Shown: positions 40,860 to 53,289 of the stretch, one piece after another
Position numbering within the stretch: position 1 is the first letter of the stretch
Layout of the letters: each line of letters starts with the position of its first letter
Assembly: GCA_053919585.1 (NCBI GenBank)
Contig: CM132787.1
Strand: one strand, 5' to 3'
Source of the DNA: Euprymna scolopes
Lineage: Eukaryota
DNA: 64,000 nucleotides
Notes under the pieces: generated by a model
The model's input: only the letters and a program-made list of their open reading frames with translations
The model's database searches: none
What the model was told of the DNA's origin: nothing
Program-made: the position numbers and the translations under genes

Positions 40860-41000
40860 ATTCACGTGTTTTCCTTAATATTTCAGCAGTTTTCATTACT
40901 GTTATCCGTTGTATCTTCTTAGCCATCTTTCATATTCCAATCCCTCCCACTCCCAAAGTTTTTCGGTATCGTTCTTAGCGCTCCTATTATTAGTGGAGGT
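40860..41000 (-). mobile_element. 3' end of a restriction-like-endonuclease (R2/R4/NeSL-group) non-LTR retrotransposon
   Basis: Minus strand PLIIGALRTIPKN...KIQRITVMKTAEILRK, characteristic of the RLE C-terminus. Confidence 0.6.
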
Positions 41001-41094
41001 ATCTTTCCTTAGCTAGTGGCGATTGGTTCAGAGACCTACCCCGACCTACCCCGTCACCTCACTACATAAACGAGTCCCCGGGCTGAAATCGACA

Positions 41095-41137
<43 letters not shown>

Positions 41138-41339
41138 ATATATATATATATATATATATATACTGTGTATATCTATTTTGAATCAACCAGTAGAATAGTT
41201 AACTGAGTCTGTCGTTCTTTTGTGTGCATGCGATTGTTCACTTCCAGCGTGACAGCGGCATATCAACCCGAAGGAGAAATCGACTCCGACCAAATCGATC
41301 AACGGGTCCTACCATGCTGAGATACCAAGCATAGGTCAC

Positions 41340-41705
41340 AGTAGTAGTTTCCGTGTTCAAGAGTTTTCGTTAAAATCTCAGTCATTTTGTTTATTGTTTT
41401 CCGTTATATTTTCTCAGCCATACTCTGATTTCAATATCTTCAATTGTTGTGCTTTTTTTTCTAAATTTTCTTACATTATTCCAAGTGCTCCTACTATTAT
41501 TGGTGTCATCTTGACTTTCTTCATCTTTGGTATTCCTTTAATCTGCTCTCTAGCAGGTTCCGTGTATTTGCTCCAATTTTCTGTATTCTATATAGTCACC
41601 CTATGGTGCGTTGTAACACCGAAATCTACAATCTGGCAGAATTCTCCCTTTTTGTTAATTATTTACATTTGGTCTTCTTGTTTGGATAAGTATTTTCACC
41701 TATGA
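41340..41705 (-). mobile_element. RLE-type non-LTR retrotransposon 3' fragment
   Basis: Minus strand, with frameshifts: TRRPN..IINKK..CQIVDF (PD..D-type endonuclease), TPIIVGALG, EILTKTLE. Confidence 0.65.
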
Positions 41706-42511
41706 GTTGATAGTCTTCCGCTTCATCTCTCTGTCACGCACACAAAAGAAAGAAACGACTCGGTTTACTACTGGTTATTTCAAGATAGATATGCACAATA
41801 TATACTTATATACACTTGTCTGTATTTTACCAGACTCCACTGAACCCCTAAAAAAACAACAATAGATTGATTCTTCTTTCTTGAGATGACGGTGGAAGGA
41901 GGCGGGGAAGAGAGTGCGGTAACGAGCTTCCGATGTTAGTAGATTCTCTCAGAAATCTTAGCTCGACTGATTGTTTTCGGCGCGTTTATGCAGTGAGGTG
42001 ATGGGGTGGATCGAGCCCGCTTTTCGGATCAATCGCAAATAAGTACGTCATCTCAGGGAAACCCCCATCTTCCTGGGTTTGCACTTGTGGTTGCGGGCCT
42101 GTTTCTCCCGTTTGAAATGTTAACCCCTTGATCTCTCGGTATAGTACTGCACTCAGAGTACCAACAACTCTGAGTCAGCACTCGTTGGCACCGGAAACGA
42201 AATTATATTTCGTTATATCTCTCAAAGTGACATCAAATTGTCGCTTCCACCAAAATAAAAACATTTATAATTCAAATCTTTATTCTAGCAGGGTTTGGTT
42301 GCTCTCGCTCGGTCATAACAAAAAACAACCTTATCTGCCCGGCATTCTCCAACGCTTCGGGAGTCTCAGCCTTCCCCCAGTGGGGAGTCCAATAGCTCCC
42401 TAAGATGGTCATGTCACACTTTCACACTTCTCACATTCACCATTTCTTCACTATTTTTTGTGGCATCATCTCACATGCAGCACCAGAGGGTGACCATGCA
42501 CGCGCGGCTTG

Positions 42512-42512
<1 letters not shown>

Positions 42513-42583
<71 letters not shown>
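42513..42583. repeat. (ATT)n microsatellite
   Basis: Perfect trinucleotide run; source of the poly-Y, poly-I and poly-L ORFs. Confidence 0.95.
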
Positions 42584-42584
<1 letters not shown>

Positions 42585-42613
42585 GTTTCTGTTCATTTGT
42601 TATTATGTATGGA

Positions 42614-42821
42614 TGTTATATTTTCATTTACATGGTTTTGATCTTACTAATTAAAAAAAAAATAGATATGCAAATTCCGTTTCTTGCCACGTGATTTTGC
42701 ACGTGTTCCTTTTTTTAAAAGACAGGGTTCATTCTCTCTTGCTTTAGTAGCTGTGAATGTTGTTCAATAAAGCCTTGGAAAGAGTTTTTGTTTTACGTCT
42801 TCATTTACTTACAACACTACA
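42614..42821 (+). repeat. 5' LTR of Gypsy element 1
   Basis: Direct repeat of 49216-49386, which has an internal deletion; TG...CA; contains AATAAA. Confidence 0.9.
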
Positions 42822-43836
42822 ATTTATTGAACACAATTCTATTTCCCTTCTGGAGAAGATCATTTGTCTGGACAAATTTGACGTATCCTCGGCAGACCCT
42901 CAGGCTAGCAAGCTTTGGATATTGTGGTATCGTAACTTTAATTACTATTTATCAACTATTTCTTCGTTAAACCCTGATAAATTCGAAGTTCTTTATTTAA
43001 ACATCGATCCCGCCGTTGCGTACGTTATCGAGGGTTGTGCAGGATTTGAACACGCTGTCGAATTACTGAAAGGTGTTTACGACAAGTCGCCAAGCGTCAT
43101 TCCTGCTAGACATTTGCTTTCCACGCATCTGCAAGAGGAAAACGAATCTGTCAACCAATATCTTCAGGTCTTGAATCAGCTTGTCGCTGACTGTAACTTT
43201 AACAACGTTACTGCTACTACTTACCGGGATAAATCTCTCCGGAATGCGTATATACGTAGTCTCCGATACTCAGTAAAACGTACAACACAACTTGTAACTG
43301 ATACGCTACCTCTCAAAGAGTCTACTCAATGGACTGAGGTTTTTGAACATGCCCACTTTCGTGCTGAATCATACGCTTCCCCCATTGGAGCCGCCGCTGG
43401 TACTACTACGACTTCTCTTAGAACTAACAATGTGTCTACTGATCCTGCCGAAGAGTCCACTATTACTAAAATGTCTGATTCTATTGGTTCTCGTATGGAG
43501 TGTGACTCTGTACAATTTTCTGCTGCCATTCCTGCTCATGGCAAGTGTTACAACTGTGGAGGGAGACGCCACTTTAAGGATGATCGCCGTCATTGTCCTG
43601 CTCGCGATAAGGTATGTCGAAACTGTGGTAAACTCGGTCATTTCTCCAAAGTTTGCCGTTCTACTATGCCGACAACTTCACATTCTACTTCTGCTTATAT
43701 AGTAGCCCATGCTAAAGGTAGTTATAGGTGCCCTGACATTACTAAAATTGTTGAATTAAAAGGAAAAAAACTAATTGCCCTCATAGACACCGGCAGTTCT
43801 GATAACTTTATCAGTGCTCGTATTTTAAAACAATGA
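42757..43836 (+). pseudogene. Gypsy gag + aspartic protease (N-terminal part)
   Basis: QEENESVNQYL gag motif; zinc knuckles CYNC..H..C and CRNCGKLGHFSKVC; protease ALIDTGS; the annotated start lies inside the LTR, so the true start is probably ~42850. Confidence 0.88.
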
Positions 43837-46677
43837 AACTGTCTACTTCAAAACGTAATTCCGTAATTTTCATTGCATCATCCGCCGTTTCCCTCAAACT
43901 ATCGGGATATTGCACGGAGAACATTTCCTTCAATGGTTTTGAAAAGATGGAAATTGACTTTACAGTGCTTCCTGATTCCTGTATGAATATTATACTCAGA
44001 GTGCCTTTTTTAAAACTACATCAGGATATCACTATTTCTTTTGGTGAACCTTAGAATATTCTAAAAATCTGCGCCCTAACCAAAATCAGTTGTGCCCATT
44101 TGGAATTGTTACGAAACTTAACCCTTGATTGCAAACCTATTGCTACTAAATCCCGAAATTACCGTGCGGAGGATGCTCGATTCATTGAAAAGGAAATTCT
44201 ACAACTGCTTGAGGATGATGTAATTGAAACAAGTTATTCACCATAGCGTGCTCAGATGTTGTGACTTCATCGCCTAATAAAACGAAAAGATTAGTAGTAG
44301 ATTTATCCCAAACTATTAATCGTTTCACCTCACTTGATGCATACCTTTTACCTCAGATTGAGGTTTTTATGAACCAAATAGCCCAATATCGTATATTTAA
44401 TACAATTGACTTATGCAAATCGTACTACCAGATCGAAATTGGTCCGAAAGAGTAGCTCTTCACTGCATTTCAAGCTGGAAATCGTTTGTACCAATTCAAA
44501 CGAATACCCACATGTGTCACTAATAAGGTTTTTGCTTTTCAGCGGTTTATGAATTCTTTCATTTCTGACAACAAATTATCTGGAACTTTTTCATATATAG
44601 ATGATATTACTATTTTCATATATAGATGATATTATATTTTCATATATAGATGATATTATATTTTCATATATAGATGATATTACTATTTTCATATATAGAT
44701 GATATTACTATTTTCATATATAGATGATATTATATTTTCATATATAGATGATATTACTATTTTCATATATAGATGACATTACCATTTTCATATATAGATG
44801 ATATTACTATTTTCATATATAGATGATATTATATTTTCATATATAGATGATATTACTATTTTCATATATAGATGATATTACTATTTTCATATATAGATGA
44901 TATTACTATTTTCATATATAGATGATATTATATTTTCATATATAGATGATATTATATTTTCATATATAGATGATATTAATATTTTCATATATATATGATA
45001 TTATATTTTCATATATAGATGATATTATATTTTCATATATAGATGATATTATATTTTCATATATAGATGATATTACTATTTTCATATATAGATGATATTA
45101 CTATTTTCATATATAGATGATATTACTATTTTCATATATAGACGATATTATATTTTCATATATAGATGATATTACTATTTTCATATATAGATGATATTAC
45201 TATTTTCATATATAGATGATATTACTATTTTCATATATAGATGATATTATATTTTCATATATAGATGATATTATATTTTCATATATAGATGATATTACTA
45301 TTTTCATATATAGATGATATTATATTTTCATATATGGATGATATTACTATTTTCATATATAGATGATATTATATTTTCATATATAGCTGATATTATATTT
45401 AACTCAGGAGGAACATGATGTTAATTTGGAATAGGTTTAAAGACTGTCTCGACATATAACCTCGAAATAAACCGAGAAAAATCAAAGTTTTCACTTCATT
45501 CCATCTATTTGCTTGGGTACCAAATTTGTAACGGGACTATGCAACCAGATTCGTAGCGTTTGAAACCTCTTTTACAAATGCCTCCTCATTCCAATTCAGA
45601 TTCGTTTAAGAGGTTTCTTGGAATGTTTTCATACTACACGAAATGGATACGTAAGTATTCATACAAAATTCGTCCACTAGTCGAAAATAAACAATTTCCC
45701 ATGCCTCCTATAGTTATCGATTAATTTGAAAAACTTAAGAAAGACATTGCCAAATCGTCTATAAATGTTATTGATGATGAATTACCATTTACTAGTGAAA
45801 CTAGTGCCTCAGAAAAGGTTATAGGAGGCACTCTCTTACAGGCTGAGAGACCTGTAGCGTTCTTTTATCGATCGCTAAACCCATCTGAAATACGACTTCA
45901 CATAGTCGAGAAAGAGGTTTATGCCATAGTCGAGTGCGTCCGAAAATGGAAGGGTTTCCTTGCTGGGAAGCACTTTACTATTGTAACAGACCAGCAAGCC
46001 GTATCTTTTATGTTTAAACCGGCTAAATGAGGAAAAATTAAAAATGATAAAATTATACGGTGGAAAATGGAACTTCTCCCGTTGTCATACGACATAAAAC
46101 ACCGTCCCGGAAGTTAAGATATTGTTGCCGATGCATCATTGAGCGTATATGATGCGGCTTCTTCCTTGGAGGAACTAAAGTTACTACACAATTTATTAAT
46201 ACATCCTGGAGTACAGCGTTTTGGCATTTTGAAAGGTCACGAACTATGCAATATTCAATTGATGAAGTCCGGCGTGTGACATCTGAATATACGACTTGTG
46301 CCAAAATAAAACCTCAATTCTTCGATTCTATACTGATCTGTTCTACAGCTCCCTTTCAGCGTCCCTACATAGACTATAAAGGACTTGTCCTGGTATCTTC
46401 GACGGGATATAGCTACATATGTACTGGCGTCGATGAATACAGTCGATTTCTTTTTGATTTCCGTTGTTGCAATTGTTCTTCGCAAACCGCAATCCAGTGC
46501 CTGACAACTATTTTCACCATATTCGGACTCCCCTTATTTATCCATTCCGATCGAGGAACTTCGTTTATGTCGGGAGAATTCCAAACAGTTTTGACGCGAC
46601 TTAGAATTGGATCCAGCAACACAACTGCATACAACCGAAGAGGCAACAGTCAATGCGAGCGTTACAACGGCATTATT
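43837..46677 (+). pseudogene. Gypsy pol (RT, RNase H, integrase N-terminus and core), disrupted
   Basis: RLVVDLSQTINRFT, IDL..YYQI, FTAF, YIDD, EKEVYAIV, FTIVTDQ, HPG, HSDRGTSF, CERYNG; stops, frameshifts and a minisatellite inside RT. Confidence 0.88.
44588..45400. repeat. 24/25-bp minisatellite (TTTTCATATATAGATGATATTA(C)TA) x ~33, derived from the RT YIDD motif
   Basis: First unit encodes F-S-Y-I-D-D-I-T-I of RT; RT sequence (TQEEHDVNL) resumes immediately after the array. Confidence 0.95.
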
Positions 46678-47193
46678 ATTATTACTGGTAGAATACTACA
46701 CATAATTAAATCCTTCTTAAATAAGAGAAAAATCCAGGTTGTCCTTGACGGTCGTACATCTAAACAATATGATATAAATGCGGGAGTGCCTCAGGGGTCT
46801 ATCCTTGGACCTCTATTGTTCCTAATATTCATTAATGACCTTCCCGACAAAATTTCCTCTGAGATGGGTATATATGCTGATGACGCCACACTTTATAACA
46901 GGCATGACATGAAAACAAATGCACACAGACCTAAAGAAATGGCAAAAACGCTAGAGGATGATCTCCATTCTATAGCGGAATGGGGACAAAAATGGATGGT
47001 CATATTCAATGCTGCCAAGACTAAACTGGTTTCCTTAAATAATTACAAGAACCCTTCTCTGCCACCAAAAGCAATGGCCAATGACTCTTTATCTGAGAGT
47101 ACACCTTTTAAACTGCTTGGCCCTAACGTTCACAGGAAACATGAGTTGGAACAATTACATTGAAAGCATTGCCAGGGCCGCTGCGAAGAAGGT

Positions 47194-47232
<39 letters not shown>

Positions 47233-47804
47233 CGTGCAAGAAAACTACTAACACCTGAAAGTATCCTCTACCTCTATAAGGCCACCATTCGCCCAGGTAT
47301 GTCACATTTGTGCTGGTGCATCTGCTACTAGTCTCTCACTCCTAGACAAGGTTCAAAAGTGAGTCGATAACCTGATAGGCCCTGAACTGGCATCTAAGCT
47401 TCAGCCTCTGTCCCATCGACAAAATGTTGTATCCCTCTGCCTGTTCTACAAGTATTTTAATGGTGAATACTCTGACAAACTGCAAACACTTGTGCCCCAA
47501 TGACGTAAACATCCTCAACAAACCCGACAGACAGCTAAATCCTATCTCCACACAGTAGAGATCCCTAGATGTAAAAGAGCTTTCTACTTCAGTAGTTTCT
47601 TCCCCAGAACCGCTAGACTTTGGAATTCCCTTCCGGATCCCTGCTTCCCCAACTGTAGTGACATGCAGAAGTTCAAATGTAATGTGAACCGACATCTTGC
47701 TGTCCAACTCCCTACATAGTACCCCAGTAGCTGTTGCCCATGATAGTAGCCCCTACACCAAAGTGGCAATGTGCCTTGTTTGGGGTGAAAATATAATTAA
47801 AAAA
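46678..47804 (+). mobile_element. 5'-truncated CR1/L2-group LINE inserted into the Gypsy integrase
   Basis: GVPQGSILGP, YADD, SFFPRT and LWNSLP; A-rich tail; TSD ATTATT (46672-46677, 47805-47810); integrase reading resumes after it. Confidence 0.9.
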
Positions 47805-47890
47805 ATTATTTGAAACACACTGTTATTAGCTTTGGAATCTAGACGATTACCCCTTAGCGCTTGACAGGATGTCCTACAGGATGTTTTATA

Positions 47891-48707
47891 TGTGAAATGA
47901 TCGTCTTGAGGGAGCGAATTGCTCCCCATTGGGGATGTTGAAATCCCTCTGGGACCTGAAGAAGTCCGGGCAATTATCCTAAGATTGTCCGTTGAATGTA
48001 AATTGACTCCCGGACAACGGCGGCTATCCAAAGTGATATGCTTGCACTTGTAAAAAAAAAAAAACAGATATATATTTTATTGTTGAACGAGATTTGTACT
48101 GGCTAACCTGGAAAAACACTCGCCGGACTGGCTTTCGGAATGATTGGTTTTGACCTCCCATGTCATAGAAGGATGAGTTCGTTTTTGTCTCAGATTAATA
48201 AAACTCTAGACTATTGCTGAACTGCAGACACGCAAATGTATCTGGGGATTCCCCAAGAAACGTATCGATGATTGGTTGGGTGGATCGTCCGACCCCAACC
48301 CGTGACCTTACTATAAAAAGCCAATAACCGCTCGAATAAGAACGGTTTTGCGCCGAAATCCCATAAGAAATACCCCCATGACGCCTGACGACCTCCTCTC
48401 CGCCATCCTGACTAGTTACCCACTGAGCAGAAAAAAGAGATTTGTGAAACTTAAAATATTTTATTAACTAGACGTTATACATATTTAAAAAAATCTGTAA
48501 CTTTTGTGAAATTAATTTTTAGTAGATAGAAACCCTGATTTGTCTGTCTTTCTTTTCGGCGCATGCAAGCTTGCTTTTGCTTTTCCGCAGAATTCTACGT
48601 TGAGAACTCAATGTGGAGATCTCCCGGTCGACTAGACATCACAAGCCACAGTTTCCGAAAGAAGTCAGAGGTAAGTTACTTGACCTGAGAGCAGGAGTCC
48701 GACCACA
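47891..48707 (+). mobile_element. Probable solo LTR of an unrelated family inserted in the Gypsy integrase
   Basis: Interrupts integrase DVL|(Y)AIRSLLC; TGTG...CACA termini; TATAAAA at ~48312; AG|GTAAGT donor at ~48670; TSD not clear. Confidence 0.6.
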
Positions 48708-49215
48708 AAATGCTATTCGCTCCCTGCTGTGCACTACTACAAATGCATCTCCTCATTAACGCATGCTCAACTTTTAAAGTCGCTCTTCTAATGGTACTAC
48801 TTTAACTGTTTGGCTCTGTGCCCCTCGTGAGGTATTATTAAAACCGTTTGGTAAGAGGAGCAAATATGACCCGATTGTCGAGTGGAACTTCTCGAAGCGA
48901 ACCCTACACATGCAAGAATACGACATCACGATGGCTGGAAAGATTAAGTAGCGCTGAGACATCTAGCTCACTTTCCACGCTCTGATAGACCTTAAAATCC
49001 ATCTAAAATTATTCAACCCGACATTGCAAATACAGACCCGACCCAGTTGATCGAAACAAGTTATGTTAGTACTACGCCTAATACAGAAAATAAATTTGAC
49101 TACAATAGTCAGAACCCTGAGAACCAACCCTCCTAGAGGACCACCGGTTCTTCGAATAGCGAACCATCTCCACGCCGATCTAACAGAATTCGCTGACCAG
49201 TCCAATGAGGGAGAT

Positions 49216-49386
49216 TGTTATATCTTCATTCAAATTGTTTTGTTTTTACTAATTAAAAAATATTAGATATGCAAATTCAGTTTCTTGCCACGTGATTTTG
49301 CACGTGTTCCTTTTTCTTTAAAATACCGACTTCATTCTCCCTTGCTTTAGTAGCTGTGAATGTTGTTTATTATTTACAACACTACA
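49216..49386 (+). repeat. 3' LTR of Gypsy element 1
   Basis: Direct repeat of 42614-42821; preceded by PPT; followed by TSD ATGGA. Confidence 0.9.
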
Positions 49387-49664
49387 ATGGAATAATCACG
49401 TTGATACACCAGTTCCTCTAAGATCGCCGAAGTTAAGAAACGTCGAGTCTGTTCAATACTAAAATTCGTGACTATTTGGGAATTATAAGTGCCGTATGTG
49501 CTCTCCGTACATCTCGGCGTTGTTTCCCGTAGCATTTCTTGCCACTGGACTCAGTATCGATTCAGAGGAGATGTGGTTGGTAATTGCGCAAAATTTGGCT
49601 AACAATTACTCGCCTAGCTACCCTTGCATGGGTATTCATTGTCTCGTGAGTTTGAACGCGGACA
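49387..49664 (+). mobile_element. 5S rRNA-derived SINE (SINE3) or 5S pseudogene with extra body
   Basis: CACGTTGATACACCAGTTCC..GATCGCCGAAGTTAAGAAACGTCGAG..ATACT..GTGAC..TTGGGAA..GTGCCGTA is collinear with invertebrate 5S rRNA; box A region retained, box C degenerate; followed by ~165 bp of non-5S body. Confidence 0.75.

Positions 49665-49730
<66 letters not shown>
49665..49730. repeat. (ATT)n microsatellite (tail of the SINE3 or of a minus-strand element to its right)
   Basis: Perfect trinucleotide run. Confidence 0.95.
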
Positions 49731-49731
<1 letters not shown>

Positions 49732-50839
49732 TCTCACTAACAGTTCATACGCAGATCATTATCCGAGATTACTAGCCAATCTGTAGTAACAGCAATTCTC
49801 CCCAGATGATTTGTACTCTTCATTTCTCTTGATATTTTTGAAAATAAATTTGCCTTATAACAACAGCCGCTTGCATTGATTTCCTCGAGTTTAGTTTATG
49901 TTTTCTATCCTAAGTATTTCAAACATTTAATACTCTTTTAAAATGTTAAGTGTGACACTAGTTCTTCCTGACACCGCCATATTTATTTTTATTTGGCAAA
50001 TAAGCATAGTGTGCGTACAATATTAGCTGTGCAATTTTTTAATTTCCTGTTTTTTTTTTTGTTACAGTTTACATATGACTTGACTGCGTTTGTTGCTCAT
50101 GCAAGTGATTTTGTGTATTCAAGATCTTTCCATTAAGATTCAATCTGTTATCAAAGTTATTGTCTGGTTTTCAGTTTTTCTATTGACTTCGATTTCTTAT
50201 AGCCTCTTCCAAAGTTCCTCGGGACTGTGACTAGTGCTTCTACAATTATTTCTATTACATTGGTTTTCTTTTTGTCCAATTATTATATTGATTTTCTTTT
50301 TTTCAACATTCTGTTCAGTTCTCTTGAAAGTTCTGCGTATATTTTTTTAGTTTTTTCCGTCACTGATCTTAACCCTGCTGGGACGACAAAATCAAATATT
50401 CATCAACTTCTTTCCTTATTGTAAATACTTATGACGTCTTCACTTGCTTGAATGACTATATATGTTTGTAATTCAATTCTCTAAAATGTAATAGTTTTTT
50501 TTGGTTTTGTTTTTGGTCTTTGATATTTTTTCGAGTCTTTGGTTTGTGCATGTAATATTTGTTTGAATGTTCGAAGTGCAGTTGCTTTTAGAGTTCCCAG
50601 TGTAGTTTGTTCTATAATAGGCGTATCTATTCTTGTATTCCTTGAGGATCAGTACACTGCATTAATTTCCTTATTGTTTACCTCTTGTTTCACCAATATT
50701 GATTTTATGAGTTTTGTCTATTTTACTTTTAATGCTGTTAGTTCAAATCACGTTTTTGCTCTGTGAAAATGTCAGAAAAGATTATGCTCCTCTGTCCACG
50801 TGTTTTCATGAATCCGTAATTTTATATTCTTATGAGCTA

Positions 50840-52403
50840 TACAAAGTGATTTAGATAAGTTTCCATACTTTTTTGTACCGCCATTCAAAATTGTCGTAGA
50901 CTCTTGAAAATCCAGTATTTTATTGCTATAAATTAATGAGATAACTGACTAATTTTATGATTTCAGGCTCAAATAAACAGCTGCAGTAGGAATATACATT
51001 ACTAAAGCCTTATTGTCACAGCTGATGAAAAAAAAAACGCAATGAAGACATGTTAGAAAAACGATATCAAATAACATTCCAACATCACATCCCCCCCCTG
51101 CTCGCTCGCTATGTCCTGGAAAAAAATTCCCCCCCAACGTAGTTTGCTTGGTGATGCCGTCGTTTATGCTACAGCGTGCATGCGCGTAGCATAAACGGAA
51201 GCTGCAAAATGGTCAAAAGTAGTTCGTGGGTTCAGGGGTAAATACCATGCAAACGGTAAATTTGCCCCAAGTTTGACTATCAGATTTGTTGTCAGCGACC
51301 TCAATTTCCTATAAAAAAACAAATTAGAGTGGTCGGTGTTATTCGTTAATTAATTTTTCAAGCAGTTGCGTGTTGAAATATTCTGGAAACTTGTATTTGG
51401 CGCTGCTGCTGCTAGCTCCCCCCCGTCGTCCATTTTTTTTTTGTTTAGCTTTTTTCCTTGAAAACATTACGACAAGTTTTCTTCTATTTGACTCCCATGC
51501 ATGTGAAAAATAATTACGGTAAGTTTTTCTGTTATTATTTGACAATAAAAATTACTTTGCAACTTACCCGCATCATTCATTTTTCTATTTAAAAAAGTAG
51601 TAATTATTAAAAAAAAAAAAGATAAGGTATGTTTTACGGCATTTTAGAACTTCGCAAGGTTAGCGGAAACCGCTCTAACATTCGATATGAAATAAAAAGC
51701 ACTTAAAACTACTTAAAAATACCAACGAATGATGCAGATAAGTTGTAAAGTAACTTTTATTGATAATGTTACCATTTATTATTCTTTTAATGGCTAATTT
51801 CGTGAATTCAACAGAAACGTATGAAATGATTTAGACTGCTTTCGGTGTACCTTGCATGAATCGAGCATCAGTTATGAAGTGGCTTAGAGGATTCAACGGA
51901 GGTAGTGTGTCTATGGGGGAGATGAGAGTTATAGGGGGAGTAAGGAAGTCATAACACCAGAGATGATTGAGAGAATAAAATAAAAATCATGAATGTGTCT
52001 ATAGAGACAATAAGTGCACAGTTTGATGTTAGTCTGGGAACTGTTCACACAATTATTCGCGAGGAACTAAATGTGCAGAAGATTTGCACGAAGTTTTTTT
52101 TCAATGGTGCCATATTCTTGTTTGAGACTATTTTATTAAGATAGCCATCAAAACAGTACCTCGCTCTCATTATAGTGTAGATGTTGCTCCCTATGAGTGT
52201 TGGTTATTCTCTAAATTCAAGTAAAACATTAGAGTCTGTTTATACCAGACAATTGAGGAGAGGAAAGCGGCTGTGTCGAGGGTTATTGACACGCTCACAC
52301 AAGTGGAACCTTTCAGACGAAGGGGGCTAGAGTTTTCTGTGTGTACTGTCAATGAAAGGGCCTATATGAAAACAGTCTGAAAACTTATTGAATGAACTTT
52401 GTA
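50840..52403 (+). mobile_element. Mariner relic (same family as 5323-6211) interrupted by a ~0.7-kb insertion
   Basis: TA-bounded TIRs TACAAAGT..ATAAGTTT / AAACTTATT..ACTTTGTA; collinear with the first mariner before ~51078 and after ~51800. Confidence 0.85.
51079..51790. mobile_element. Unclassified non-autonomous insertion with an internal palindrome and ~35-bp inverted repeats
   Basis: Absent from the homologous mariner; CGTTTATGCTAC...GTAGCATAAACG at 51161-51197; inverted repeat at ~51544-51578 and ~51727-51761. Confidence 0.5.
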
Positions 52404-53289
52404 CATGTAACTCTATCTCTTTACATTTTTTCTTTTTTAGTTATTTGTTTTTTGTTTCCGGTTTCATTGTTACTTGTATCGTTCATATCAACATTATGTT
52501 TCGCAGCGGTAATCAATCATTCTGTGTTCCGAGTAATATATTTTTGAAATCTTTTCTCGTGTCCTCTGCACAATCTTCTGCACTGAGCATCTATGTTCCC
52601 TCTCCGTTCCTTTTTACTTTTAGTCGGTCCGCGTCAGCTTTCATATGTAATCCACTGGTCCTGGTCAGAACAGTCCTTTCCTTCTAATGAAAAAGTTAGA
52701 GTTATTCTTTGTGTAACGTTACAGATGTGTTAACATGTAAGGGTCCAGCACGTTGTAGACTCCGTCGCAAGGAATATAAGAAAGCAAAGATGAAGGAAAT
52801 TTATCTTACTGCTCCAAGTTGTAACAAAATATATTATTACTCCTTATCCGGCCAAACGTGACTTCTGGTCTTAGATATGACGTCACCAACGTGTTCCTAA
52901 CATGATCCTCGGTTTGCGCGCACTTTCTTCTTTATTTCTTGCCGTGACGTCACATGGCTTATTCATTTGACTACAGCTACCATACGAACGACCGCGCTCT
53001 GTTACATTAGAGACAGCTTATATATCGTCCAGAGTTTCACGTTAGTGATGCTTCCCATGTGTTTAGTCCGATGAATGGTAAAAAATCAAAGAGTGTTTGG
53101 ATTTTACCATTCTTGGATTTTTTACCCTTCACCGGATTATCCATTCATGTGAAGTCTTTTTATCATTTTTCTTTTACCTCCTACTCCCCTTACCTCACCC
53201 TTTTTTAACCACGTAAGATCTGTGACGTACTTGTCGTTTCACTAAATACTTTTACATGCAAAATCCGATCCCGCATTTTTCTAATTCCT

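Larger units (their letters stand above)
42614..49386 (+). mobile_element. Ty3/Gypsy (Mag-like) LTR retrotransposon, decayed, with nested insertions
   Basis: TG..CA LTRs at 42614-42821 and 49216-49386; 5-bp TSD ATGGA (42609-42613, 49387-49391); PPT GAGGGAGA before the 3' LTR; gag-PR-RT-RNaseH-IN order. Confidence 0.93.

Noticed and set aside
42405-42694. Poly-Y, poly-I and poly-L ORFs (also at 49496, 53627, 54957, 55279)
   Set aside because: Translations of ATT and TA microsatellites.
47955-48020. Hammerhead in the solo LTR (CTGAAGA-A-GTCCGGG...CCCGGAC)
   Set aside because: No GAAA after the putative stem II and no stem III or NUH site.
49731-50800. Minus-strand remnant of an RLE-type non-LTR element
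   Set aside because: Composition and tail are suggestive, but I could not read convincing protein motifs.
52712-53006. Solo LTR with TGTAAC...GTTACA ends
   Set aside because: Plausible, but there is no matching TSD or partner element, so it is not listed as a feature.
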